Shown here: positions 55,179 through 64,000 of the stretch, piece after piece
Numbering within the stretch: position 1 is the first letter of the stretch
Layout of the letters: each line of letters begins with the position of its first letter
IMG/VR virus record: IMGVR_UViG_3300044213_000090
Span: 519-64,518 of that record
Length of the DNA: 64,000 bases
From: a virus
Lineage: Duplodnaviria; Caudoviricetes
Reading direction: 5' to 3' (one strand)
The notes under the pieces: model-generated
Database searches by the model: none
What the model saw: the letters and a program-made list of their open reading frames with translations, nothing else
What the model was told of the DNA's origin: nothing
Translations under genes and position numbers: made by a program

Positions 55179-55357
55179 TGGCAGAAAAGTGGATTCAAAA
55201 AGCAATTAAGAAACCCGGCGCATTACGTGCTGAATTAGGCGTAGCTAAAGACAAAAAGATTCCGTCAAGCAAACTAGCTGCAGCTGCAAAGAAACCCGGT
55301 GTCGAGGGTAAGCGGGCTAGGCTTGCGGAAACCTTAAAAGGGATAAAAAAGAAATGA
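55178..55357 (+). CDS. small basic protein (59 aa, MAEKWIQKAIKKPGALR...)
   Basis: Read manually; TAATG and ATGA coupling. Confidence 0.7.
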   Translation: MAEKWIQKAIKKPGALRAELGVAKDKKIPSSKLAAAAKKPGVEGKRARLAETLKGIKKK

Positions 55358-55587
55358 TTAAAAAACTGCTTGCATGGATAGCAAAGCTACCCGGCCATCC
55401 TAAGAAAGAAGAAGTTATTTTTAGTAAAGCAGAGATAGCTGTTTGGCCTTTTCCTGTTCCTGAACCAGAGCCAAAAATTAAACCGGCGAAGAAACGTGGA
55501 CGTCCTGCTTTAAAAAAAGCAACCACTCGTAAGACAGCAACAAAAACAGCGGTAAAAACAGCTAAACCAAAGGCTAAAAAGAAATGA
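55354..55587 (+). CDS. histone-like Lys/Ala-rich small protein
   Basis: WPFP motif then KKA/TAK repeats. Confidence 0.55.
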   Translation: MIKKLLAWIAKLPGHPKKEEVIFSKAEIAVWPFPVPEPEPKIKPAKKRGRPALKKATTRKTATKTAVKTAKPKAKKK

Positions 55588-56339
55588 CAACAACCGGTAC
55601 CTCGTCGTTTAATTTAGATCTAGGCGATATTGTCGAAGAAGCGTTTGAGCGCTGTGGGCAAGAGCTTAGGTCTGGCTACGACTTTAGAACCGCACGTCGT
55701 TCTTTGAATTTGCTTACTATTGAGTGGGCAAATAGAGGTATTAATCTATGGACTATTGAGCAAGGGCAGATTACTTTAGTTCAAGGCACTAACACGTACG
55801 ATTTACCGATTGATACGATTGACCTTTTAGAGCACCAGATTCGCACAAATGCTGGGCAGCAGGCTACGCAAACAGATATCAACATTTCTAGAATTTCAGT
55901 ATCAACCTACGCCACAATCCCAAACAAATTAAGTCAGGGACGCCCTATCCAAGTATGGGTACAGCGCATGTCTGGAGCACAATACCCTAGCACAACAAAC
56001 CCAAATGGCGTTAATTCAGCTGGTGTAGATGCTCCCAAAATTACAGTATGGCCTACACCTGATGGATCTCAAACATATACTTTTGTTTATTGGCGTTTAC
56101 GTCGTATGCAGGATGCCGGTAATGCAGTTAATACTCAAGATATTCCGTTCCGTTTTGTAACAGCTATGGTCGCTGGATTGGCGTATTATTTATCTATTAA
56201 ACTCCCCGGAGTTGACCCCAATCGAGTTGCTGCGCTTAAAGCGGATTATGAACAGCAGTTCCAACTGGCTGCAGACGAAGACAGAGAGAAAGCCCCAGTT
56301 AGATTTGTACCACGTAGGATGTTTATTGGGGGTGGCTAA
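55584..56339 (+). CDS. head-tail adaptor-like protein
   Basis: EEAFERCG..ARRSLNLL..EWANRG.NLW; WPTPD; GLAYYL. Confidence 0.6.
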   Translation: MTTTGTSSFNLDLGDIVEEAFERCGQELRSGYDFRTARRSLNLLTIEWANRGINLWTIEQGQITLVQGTNTYDLPIDTIDLLEHQIRTNAGQQATQTDINISRISVSTYATIPNKLSQGRPIQVWVQRMSGAQYPSTTNPNGVNSAGVDAPKITVWPTPDGSQTYTFVYWRLRRMQDAGNAVNTQDIPFRFVTAMVAGLAYYLSIKLPGVDPNRVAALKADYEQQFQLAADEDREKAPVRFVPRRMFIGGG

Positions 56340-56716
56340 TGCCTAATAAATTTTCTTCGGGTAAGTATGCGATTGCCGAATGTGATAGATGCGCTTTTAG
56401 GTATAAGTTAACTGAGCTGCGTACGGAAATTATTAAAACCAAGCCATATCAGTTAAAAGTTTGTAAAACCTGTTGGGACCCAGATCAACCGCAGTTACAA
56501 TTAGGTATGTATCCAATCAACGACCCACAAGCTGTACGGGAACCGAGACGGGATTTGAGTTATGTAGCATCAGGACTAACAGCAAACGGGTTTCAAGGTG
56601 GTGGTAGTAGAGATACGCAGTGGGGTTGGAATCCTGTAGGACAAGGGTACGATTATAATGAAACGCCCAACTATTTAGTAGCACAAGGGCAAGTTGGACA
56701 AGTAACAATTAACTAG
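56339..56716 (+). CDS. Zn-binding virion-module protein
   Basis: CDRC...C..CWDPDQPQL. Confidence 0.65.
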   Translation: MPNKFSSGKYAIAECDRCAFRYKLTELRTEIIKTKPYQLKVCKTCWDPDQPQLQLGMYPINDPQAVREPRRDLSYVASGLTANGFQGGGSRDTQWGWNPVGQGYDYNETPNYLVAQGQVGQVTIN

Positions 56717-56725
56717 GAGTATGAT

Positions 56726-56911
56726 ATGGGATATAGAAGCGCAGCCGACGGCATTACGCACAAAGGCAAAACAAAAGGACGTAATCTAGGCGATTCAGGT
56801 CCAAACGATAAAATTGAAATGGGTAAGAAAAGCTCAACCGGCGGCATCAATCAAGATAAGATGGAAGCTGTTGGACGTGGTTTGGCTAAAGTAGCAGCTA
56901 ACGGGAAATAA
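56726..56911 (+). CDS. small basic protein
   Basis: DG...KGKTKG; SD AGGAG. Confidence 0.55.
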   Translation: MGYRSAADGITHKGKTKGRNLGDSGPNDKIEMGKKSSTGGINQDKMEAVGRGLAKVAANGK

Positions 56912-56913
56912 TC

Positions 56914-57156
56914 ATGGCTAAGAATAATAAACCTGCTGAAGTTTATGCTAAACCGCATACTATGAGCGGTAAGCCTGTAGGCAATGAACTGCCTGCTGAA
57001 GCTGTTGAAACCGGTGCTGAGTATATGAACAATGCTAACATCGGTGCTGGTACGGTCACTAAAGGTAACTACGCTAAAACTAAAACTGATGGCGTTGCAC
57101 AACGCGGCCATGGCGCAGCTACTAAAGGCTTTACTTCTAGAGGACCAATGGCGTAA
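56914..57156 (+). CDS. small protein
   Basis: RG.GAATKG...GPMA. Confidence 0.6.
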   Translation: MAKNNKPAEVYAKPHTMSGKPVGNELPAEAVETGAEYMNNANIGAGTVTKGNYAKTKTDGVAQRGHGAATKGFTSRGPMA

Positions 57157-57323
57157 TGGATGCAAACATAGCAATCACGTTAAATGTCACGCTTAATGAA
57201 GTAGAAGGTATTTTGGCGGGGCTTGGCGAGTTACCAACTAAAACTGGAGCTTTTGCGTTGCTAATGAAAATTCGTGCGCAAACGGAAGCCCAACTTCCAA
57301 AAGAAGAACCTAAAGAGCAATAA
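57156..57323 (+). CDS. small hypothetical protein (55 aa, MDANIAITLN...)
   Basis: Read manually; TAATG coupling at both ends. Confidence 0.55.
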   Translation: MDANIAITLNVTLNEVEGILAGLGELPTKTGAFALLMKIRAQTEAQLPKEEPKEQ

Positions 57324-58270
57324 TGAATTACGAACAGTTATATAACAACATTCAGGCGTACGCTGAAAATACTGAGCAGCTTTTTGTTGCCAGTATTCCT
57401 GTGTTTATTCAGGAAGCCGAAGACCGCATATATAACTCTGTAAATCTTCCGTCATTGCGTAAAAACGTGACAGGCACCGTTACAGCCGGTAATCAGTATC
57501 TTTCTTTGCCGACTGATTGGTTAGCCAATTATTCAATAGCTGTTATAGATTCCACAAATAACTATAACTATCTTTTAAATAAAGACGTTAACTTTTTACG
57601 TGAAGCCTATCCATCGGTTGTCTATACAGCGCCAACATACCAAGGCACACCCGGCGGAGTTCCAAGATATTACGCATTATTTGGATCCCAGTTATCAAAT
57701 GTTAACGACATGACTTTGATGTTGGCCCCCACCCCAGATCAAAACTACACGGTGGAAATGCACTATTTCTACTACCCGCCGACTATTGTTCAAGGTCAAA
57801 TCGCTACTCTCGGCGCTTTTACTGGTGGTTCGCTATATACCAATGGTGTATATCAAAACGTTGCTTTAACGGGAGGTTCAGGTGCAAACGCTACTGCAGA
57901 TATTGTCGTTTCCGGCGGAGCCGTCACAAGCGTTAGCCTTAAGTTTGGCGGTAATTTTTATGTCGTGGGCGATATTCTTTCTTGCGCTTCCCTTGGTTCT
58001 ACTGGTACTGGCTTTAGTATTCCAGTAGCCTCTATATCCAACGCCACGGGAACTAGCTGGCTTGGCGATAACTATGATCCAGTTCTTTTTTACGGGGCTA
58101 TGCGTGAAGCTATGCTTTTTATGAAGGGTGAAGCTGATTTAGTTAAGTACTATGAAGATAAATACCAAGAGTCCTTAATGCAGCTTAAACGCCTTGCTGA
58201 CGGCCTTGACCGCGGTGACTTCTATAGAGATGGTCAAGCTAAAATAAACGTTGGTGGTAGAGGCTCGTAA
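57323..58270 (+). CDS. head-tail adaptor / neck protein
   Basis: MNY.QL..I..Y.E, FI..AE.RI, P.YYA, PTPD..Y..E.HYFY, LFYG. Confidence 0.6.
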   Translation: MNYEQLYNNIQAYAENTEQLFVASIPVFIQEAEDRIYNSVNLPSLRKNVTGTVTAGNQYLSLPTDWLANYSIAVIDSTNNYNYLLNKDVNFLREAYPSVVYTAPTYQGTPGGVPRYYALFGSQLSNVNDMTLMLAPTPDQNYTVEMHYFYYPPTIVQGQIATLGAFTGGSLYTNGVYQNVALTGGSGANATADIVVSGGAVTSVSLKFGGNFYVVGDILSCASLGSTGTGFSIPVASISNATGTSWLGDNYDPVLFYGAMREAMLFMKGEADLVKYYEDKYQESLMQLKRLADGLDRGDFYRDGQAKINVGGRGS

Positions 58271-58710
58271 TGTCTAATATTGTTCAGGGTCAAACCACCA
58301 CATTTAAAGTTAATCTTCTTAGCGGAGTTGAGAATTTTGCTGTTGGTACACCTTATACGTACAACATCGCTTTATATACAGGTAATGCCGTTTTAAACAA
58401 CGCTACGACCGCCTACACGCCTTCAAATGAGGTAATTGGTGGCGGATATACGGCTGGCGGAAAAGCGCTTACTATTTCACAGGCGCCTGTTGGAGATGTT
58501 ATCTCTAATACCGCCTATATTTCTTTTGCCCCAGTAACATGGACTGGAGCGACCTTTACTGCTCGTTGCGCTTTAATTTATAATAGTACAACTGGTGCGT
58601 CTATAGCAGTTTTAGATTTTGGCTCGGATAAAAACACAACCGCGGCAAATACTTTTACTGTTACTTTTCCAACCCCTACGGCGACAACCGCCATTATTAG
58701 AACTTCTTAA
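58270..58710 (+). CDS. tail-associated structural protein
   Basis: IALYT, Y..GG..L, ALIYN, VLDFG.DK. Confidence 0.6.
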   Translation: MSNIVQGQTTTFKVNLLSGVENFAVGTPYTYNIALYTGNAVLNNATTAYTPSNEVIGGGYTAGGKALTISQAPVGDVISNTAYISFAPVTWTGATFTARCALIYNSTTGASIAVLDFGSDKNTTAANTFTVTFPTPTATTAIIRTS

Positions 58711-58719
58711 GGAGTAGTT

Positions 58720-59328
58720 ATGCAAAAAGAATTAGCAAGTTGTGGCGACAAGGCAGAAATTACTCTGCAAGCTGGCGCTGTACAAGATGAAACCGTTGGT
58801 ATTGAAGGCGCGTACCACGTTGTTTGCCGTGATAAAGACGGTAGTGTTAAATGGGAAGAATCTTTCCCTAACCTAGTCAATGCTGTTGGTAAACAGTTGA
58901 TGCTTGACACTTTATTGCGCACTTCTGGTACATACACAACTACTGGTCCATACCTTGGTTTAATTGGTACAACTAGCCCAACATTTAGTGCGTCTGACAC
59001 GATGACTAGCCATACAGGCTGGACAGAGTTTGTTAACTACACAGTTGGCGGTTCTGCTGTTCGTGGTACTGCAGCTTTTGGCGCTTCTAGCTCAACTGGT
59101 TCCTCACCGTCTAACGTAACAACTTCTTCTGCTACCGCTATTACATACACTATTACTGGCGCTGGTGGTAACGTAACAGGTTGTTTCTTGACCTTAGGTT
59201 CTGGCGCTTCTTCCACACAGAATAATACTGGTGGTACTTTATATAGCGCAGGTGCTTTTGCAACGGCTAAAACTACAACTGCTGGCGATACTGTAAGCGT
59301 TACATATTCAACAACTGCTACAAGCTAA
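58720..59328 (+). CDS. tail-associated structural protein
   Basis: NLV..G, GW.E, GTLYSA, GD..VTY. Confidence 0.6.
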   Translation: MQKELASCGDKAEITLQAGAVQDETVGIEGAYHVVCRDKDGSVKWEESFPNLVNAVGKQLMLDTLLRTSGTYTTTGPYLGLIGTTSPTFSASDTMTSHTGWTEFVNYTVGGSAVRGTAAFGASSSTGSSPSNVTTSSATAITYTITGAGGNVTGCFLTLGSGASSTQNNTGGTLYSAGAFATAKTTTAGDTVSVTYSTTATS

Positions 59329-59338
59329 GGAGTCTTAA

Positions 59339-61954
59339 ATGGCTCTGGTAGTTTATGACCGTATTCAAGAGACTACGGCTACTACTGGTACGGGTTCTAT
59401 TACTCTTGCTGGTGCTGTAGCCGGGTATCAATCTTTTGCTGCCGTAGGTACTGGCAATACTACTTACTACACAATCCTTAATGGAACGCAGTGGGAAGTT
59501 GGTATTGGCACGTACTCAACTACTGGACCCACTTTAGCTCGTACAACAATTCTTTCCAATTCAAACGGAAACACATCGCCAATCACGTTGTCCGGCGCAT
59601 CAAATGTATGGTGTGATTACCCAGCAGAGCAGGCTGTATATTTAAACGCTTCAGGAAACGTTACTCCGCTTGGAACTATTTCTTCTGGTACTTGGCAAGG
59701 CTCTACTATTGCTACTGCTTATGGCGGTACTGGCGTAACTAGCTCTTCTGGCGCAAATTCTGTTGTATTACGTGATGCTAACCAAAATATAACTGCAAAT
59801 AATTTATTTTTAAACTTTACTAGTACAGCTACAGCGGCAGGAACAACTACTCTAACAGCGGCTTCTTCTAGCTACCAACGTTTTACTGGTACCTCTACAC
59901 AAACAGTTAAATTACCCGATGCCACAACTCTTACTACAGGCATTATTTTTATCATTGATAATGATTCTTCACAAACAATTACGGTAGTAGATAACGCTTC
60001 TGCTACATTAGACACTATACCTTCTGGTGGCGTAGACCAATGGGTTTTATTAGCGAATGGAACTTCTGCCGGTTCTTGGGTTGCGTATAGCTCAGTACCA
60101 TCTGCTTTTGACTTTGGTACTAACCTTGCTAGTTTTAACAATGCCCCGATCACTAACGCTGTATGGAATGGTACAACTATTGCTTCTGGGTATGGTGGTA
60201 CAGGTTTAACTACATTTACTGGTGCCAATAACGCTCTTTACTCTACGTCAGCCTCTGCCTTAACTGCGGGTACTTTGCCTGTTGCAGCTGGTGGTACAGG
60301 CGTTACAACATCTACTGGTTCTGGGTCGGTTGTTTTAAATACTTCTCCTTCATTAGTAACTCCTGCTTTAGGTACACCGTCTTCTGGTAACTTTAGTTCT
60401 GGTACGTTTACTTGGCCCACATTTAACCAAAACACAACGGGTCAAGCTGGGTCAGTTGCAAACTCTCTCACTGCCGGTACAGGCTTAAGCGGTTCTTCAT
60501 TTAATGGGTCTGCTGCAGTAACTTGGAACATAGCTAACACAACTGTAACTGCTGGTTCATACACAAATGCTTCAATTACAGTTAATGCTCAAGGGCAGTT
60601 AACAGCAGCGTCTAGTGGAACAGCCCCAGTAACTTCTGTATCTGGCACTTCACCAGTAAGCTCTTCCGGCGGTACTACTCCAGCAATCAGTCTTGCTTCT
60701 GGTTATGGTGATACTCAAAACCCATACGCTTCTAAGACCGCAAACTATTTTTTAGCTGCACCTAATGGTTCTTCTGGAACTCCATCATTTAGGGCGGTTG
60801 TTGCTGCAGACATTCCTACGCTAAACCAAAACACAACGGGTACTGCTGGTGGTTTATCGGGCACTCCAAATATTACTGTTGGTACAGTAAACGGCACAAC
60901 CATTACAGCTTCTTCTCAGTTTAGCGGTCCCGGTACAGGTTTAACAGGTACAGCCTCTAGTTTAAATATTGGTGGGAATGCTGCAACAGCTACATCTGCT
61001 ACCTCAGCTACAACAGCCACTAACTGGGGAACATATGGCGGTGTTCCTGCAGCGGGCACAAGTTTTGGTATCGCTAATACGATTGGTCGTTCAGATGGTA
61101 ATGGATATACTTATTTTGGTTACATAAACTCAAGTACTGGCAACTCAGAAAATCCATCAGTAAGCCAAGTTATTGTTACTAACGGTTCGGATAACTTCTA
61201 TCGTAAGTCTAGTATTGCTTCGTTTACTACGTATTTAACTGGAACAGCCTCAGGATTAACTGCTGGCTCTGCCACTACCGCAACAACGGCAACAACGGCA
61301 ACAACGGCTAATGCTTTAAATACTTCTAATAGTTATACCGTTGCTGGATTAACAGTAAGCGGAACTTTTACACAAAGCAATGGCTTTGGAACAATAGGTC
61401 AATTTAATACTCAAAGTTACCCTTCATACGGTGGTTTAGGAACAGTATTTTCTTGGAATTTTACTGGTGGTGCGGCAGAACAAAATATTTGGAATACTAT
61501 AAATCCAACAACCTATACCAGCACAGGCTTTAGGTTTATGCAAATGACTGGTTCTGCCAGTTATAGAGATTTAGTATTTTTTAGGCAAGATGGTGCTGTT
61601 GGTTTTGGCGGCACGGGAAATGTAGGAACATCAGGACAGCTTTTGCAATCCGCTGGCGGCGCATCGCCAACTTGGGTAAATCAATCATCTATTGCGGCTG
61701 GATCAGCTACAACGGCTACAACGGCTACAACTGCAAATGCGTTAAATACTTCAAATGCTTACACAGGTGCAGGGTTCACTTCAACCGCTGGTTTTACTGC
61801 TACTTCTAACAACCCGTTTATTTATAATGCAAATACTGTGGCTGCTAATGTAACTATTCCTACAAATTACAATGCTCATGCAGCAGGTAAAATCACGGTA
61901 AATACAGGCGTTACAGTAACAGTTTCAACTGGTTCTCGTTTGGTTATTGTGTAA
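59339..61954 (+). CDS. tail fibre protein
   Basis: DR.QET..T.GTG N-terminus, GGTG repeats, Thr/Ser/Gly-rich. Confidence 0.75.
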   Translation: MALVVYDRIQETTATTGTGSITLAGAVAGYQSFAAVGTGNTTYYTILNGTQWEVGIGTYSTTGPTLARTTILSNSNGNTSPITLSGASNVWCDYPAEQAVYLNASGNVTPLGTISSGTWQGSTIATAYGGTGVTSSSGANSVVLRDANQNITANNLFLNFTSTATAAGTTTLTAASSSYQRFTGTSTQTVKLPDATTLTTGIIFIIDNDSSQTITVVDNASATLDTIPSGGVDQWVLLANGTSAGSWVAYSSVPSAFDFGTNLASFNNAPITNAVWNGTTIASGYGGTGLTTFTGANNALYSTSASALTAGTLPVAAGGTGVTTSTGSGSVVLNTSPSLVTPALGTPSSGNFSSGTFTWPTFNQNTTGQAGSVANSLTAGTGLSGSSFNGSAAVTWNIANTTVTAGSYTNASITVNAQGQLTAASSGTAPVTSVSGTSPVSSSGGTTPAISLASGYGDTQNPYASKTANYFLAAPNGSSGTPSFRAVVAADIPTLNQNTTGTAGGLSGTPNITVGTVNGTTITASSQFSGPGTGLTGTASSLNIGGNAATATSATSATTATNWGTYGGVPAAGTSFGIANTIGRSDGNGYTYFGYINSSTGNSENPSVSQVIVTNGSDNFYRKSSIASFTTYLTGTASGLTAGSATTATTATTATTANALNTSNSYTVAGLTVSGTFTQSNGFGTIGQFNTQSYPSYGGLGTVFSWNFTGGAAEQNIWNTINPTTYTSTGFRFMQMTGSASYRDLVFFRQDGAVGFGGTGNVGTSGQLLQSAGGASPTWVNQSSIAAGSATTATTATTANALNTSNAYTGAGFTSTAGFTATSNNPFIYNANTVAANVTIPTNYNAHAAGKITVNTGVTVTVSTGSRLVIV

Positions 61955-63102
61955 TGTTTGGTTTATCTACCTTTGCACAAACACCTTTTGCTGCATTAGG
62001 CGGTGGTAATCAGTACGCATTAAATATCACAGAGGCTTTTACTTCTGGCGATTCAAACGTCAATACGTTTGCTTTTTTACAAAACTTAACTGAGCCTTTT
62101 ACAATAATTGATAATAACTCAGAGGCGGCTTTATTTATTGAGGCTATTACAGAGAGTTGGAGCGCCGCCGATTCTTCTACGCAACAGTCGACATTTTTAC
62201 AAAGTCTTACGGAAAACTATAATCCCGCCGACTCCGAATCCATAGCCGCTCAGTTTGCTGCATCACAAACAGAAAACGCAAACTTAGCAGACTCCAGCGT
62301 TCAGTATTTTGCCGCCTTGGAAAGCCTAAGTGAACCTATTAGCCCAGTTTTAGATTCCAGCACTCAGCAAACCGCTTTTGGTCAAACTATTAGTGAAAAC
62401 GCTAACTTAGCTGAAACCGACTCAATCACTGCTCAGTTTGCTTCTAGTTTGACTGAGCCTTTTACATCTGCCGAAACCGAGTCTACAACTGCCCAGTTTG
62501 CCGCTAGTAAAGCCGAGAATGTGAATATGGCGGATGTAAACTCCGTTGCTTCTGTGTTCTTGTTTACCGATACGGAAAATATCAATTCTGCGGATTCTGA
62601 GTCTATCACTGCCCAATTTGCACAAAGCGTTAATGAGCCAAGCTACATACTGGAAGCCGAGACAATTGCCGCCCAGTTTGCCTCTAGTATTACTGAAAGC
62701 CTTACGGTTACTGACCTTATTTCTATAGCCGCCCAGTTTGCCACTACTATTTCTGAAAATGCTGGTTTGGCTGATGTTTTGGTTATTGTTGAAAACTTCT
62801 TCCTTACTATTACTGAAAACCTAAGCGCCGCAGCACTACAATCAATTACCGCCCAGTTTGCCCAAAGCGTAACTGAAAAACTAACTTCTGGCGATGCTGC
62901 TTCAGTTCGGGCTGCGTTTAAAGAAACTATCGTAGAAAATACCTACCTACTAGACTCGCTTATTGCTCGTGGATGGGTTAAAATCAACGACAATCAGGCA
63001 GCAAATTGGGCTAATATTAATAATGCTGGTGGCGGTTCTTGGACTCAGGTTAACGATGTGCAGAACCCCGGTTGGACCCAAATCAATGATTTTCAAGGAT
63101 AA
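61954..63102 (+). CDS. tail-associated protein with 20-aa tandem repeats
   Basis: MFG...FAQTPFA start; SITAQFAxSxTE repeats with 60-nt period. Confidence 0.7.
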   Translation: MFGLSTFAQTPFAALGGGNQYALNITEAFTSGDSNVNTFAFLQNLTEPFTIIDNNSEAALFIEAITESWSAADSSTQQSTFLQSLTENYNPADSESIAAQFAASQTENANLADSSVQYFAALESLSEPISPVLDSSTQQTAFGQTISENANLAETDSITAQFASSLTEPFTSAETESTTAQFAASKAENVNMADVNSVASVFLFTDTENINSADSESITAQFAQSVNEPSYILEAETIAAQFASSITESLTVTDLISIAAQFATTISENAGLADVLVIVENFFLTITENLSAAALQSITAQFAQSVTEKLTSGDAASVRAAFKETIVENTYLLDSLIARGWVKINDNQAANWANINNAGGGSWTQVNDVQNPGWTQINDFQG

Positions 63103-63105
63103 ATT

Positions 63106-64000
63106 ATGGCGAGTTCGTACACAACTAGCTTAAAAATTCAGCAGATTGGCAACGGCGAACAGTCGGGCGTCTGGGGTTCTGCAACCAATACAAACTGGAA
63201 TCTGATTGAACAGGCGGTATCTGGTGTACAAACCATTACCATGTCAAATGCCAACTACACCCTAAGCAATTTAAACGGGGTATTGGACGAAGCCCGTAAT
63301 ATGGTTCTTGTTGTGCAAGGCACAAATTCAGGTATTTACCAAGTCATTATTCCGTTAAACCAGTCTAAGATGTATGTAGTATCAAATCAGACTACTGGTG
63401 GTTATGCGATTACGATTGGCTCTTCTAGCGGTTCTGTAGTATCTATTCCTAACGGAGTAACGGCGCAGGTTTATACGGACGGTACTAACTGCTTTTCTGC
63501 CCAAACGGGTTCAGCTGGCCCTTTTGTTGTAAACGGTACTTTAACTGCTTCTGGTATCGCTGACGTTGGTAACTTAAATGTTACTGGTGCTGTAACGGCT
63601 AATGCTATTTCTGGTACAACAATCACCGCTTCTAGCCAATTCTCTGGTGCGGGCACAGGATTAACTGGTACGGCTGCGGGTCTTTCTATTGGGGGTTCTG
63701 CTGCTTCGGCTACAACCTCTACAACGGCAACTAATATTGCTGGTGGTTCTGCTAATCAAATCGTTTACCAAACCGTTGCTGGCGCTACTTCATTTATTAC
63801 TGCCCCATCAAGCAATACAGTCCTATTTTGGAACGGCTCGGCTTATACATGGATTACTGGCGGAGCACCTGTGGCTAACGGTTGCGTCTACGAAAATAGA
63901 CAAACAATCACTTCTAACTATACAATGACTACTGGAAATAATGGTGAATCTGCAGGCCCTATTCAAGTGGCGACAGGTGTTACAGTAACCATTCCAACTG
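63106..64000 (+). CDS. tail fibre protein (3' partial)
   Basis: MASSYTTSLKIQQIGNGEQSGVWG..TN.N; SD AAGGA; open to window end. Confidence 0.75.
   Translation, partial: MASSYTTSLKIQQIGNGEQSGVWGSATNTNWNLIEQAVSGVQTITMSNANYTLSNLNGVLDEARNMVLVVQGTNSGIYQVIIPLNQSKMYVVSNQTTGGYAITIGSSSGSVVSIPNGVTAQVYTDGTNCFSAQTGSAGPFVVNGTLTASGIADVGNLNVTGAVTANAISGTTITASSQFSGAGTGLTGTAAGLSIGGSAASATTSTTATNIAGGSANQIVYQTVAGATSFITAPSSNTVLFWNGSAYTWITGGAPVANGCVYENRQTITSNYTMTTGNNGESAGPIQVATGVTVTIPT

Noticed and set aside
62200-62900. Regularly spaced repeats resembling a CRISPR array
   Set aside because: Degenerate, in-frame 60-nt coding repeats; no cas operon (the Cas4-like gene is a typical phage nuclease).
59339-64000. Diversity-generating retroelement acting on tail fibres
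   Set aside because: No reverse transcriptase seen; repeated segments differ mainly at synonymous sites, not specifically at adenines.
1-64000. tRNA genes, integrase/att site, alternative genetic code
   Set aside because: No cloverleaf or recombinase motifs recognised by eye; genes are intact under the standard code.

Overview
This window is most of the genome of a tailed dsDNA bacteriophage (Caudoviricetes). It looks podovirus-like, with P22-type tail hub and ejection proteins and a Mu-gpT-like major capsid. The gene set and regulatory boxes suggest a betaproteobacterial host, which is inference. There are two divergent arms around a control region at about 40.3-42.2 kb. The leftward arm (41.4 to 15.5 kb) carries early and replication genes: AAA ATPase with vWA/metallopeptidase, many small ORFs, family A DNA polymerase, Cas4-like nuclease, SNF2-like helicase and primase/DUF927. 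The rightward arm (42.2 to 64 kb, apparently continuing at 1 to 15.5 kb) carries terminase, portal, GroES-like protein, capsid, tail fibres, lysis and DNA-ejection genes. No integrase, tRNA or CRISPR array was seen. The top finding is a 290-aa intein in polymerase motif B that has no in-frame endonuclease. Instead a complete HNH endonuclease is overprinted in another reading frame entirely inside the intein. Other notable items are a candidate sRNA whose loop is complementary to early-gene ribosome-binding leaders, an early-arm protein carrying a copy of a major-capsid helix, a two-gene cassette between 17-bp direct repeats, a 21-bp palindrome in three copies, and LexA-, NrdR- and PhaR-like host repressor boxes.
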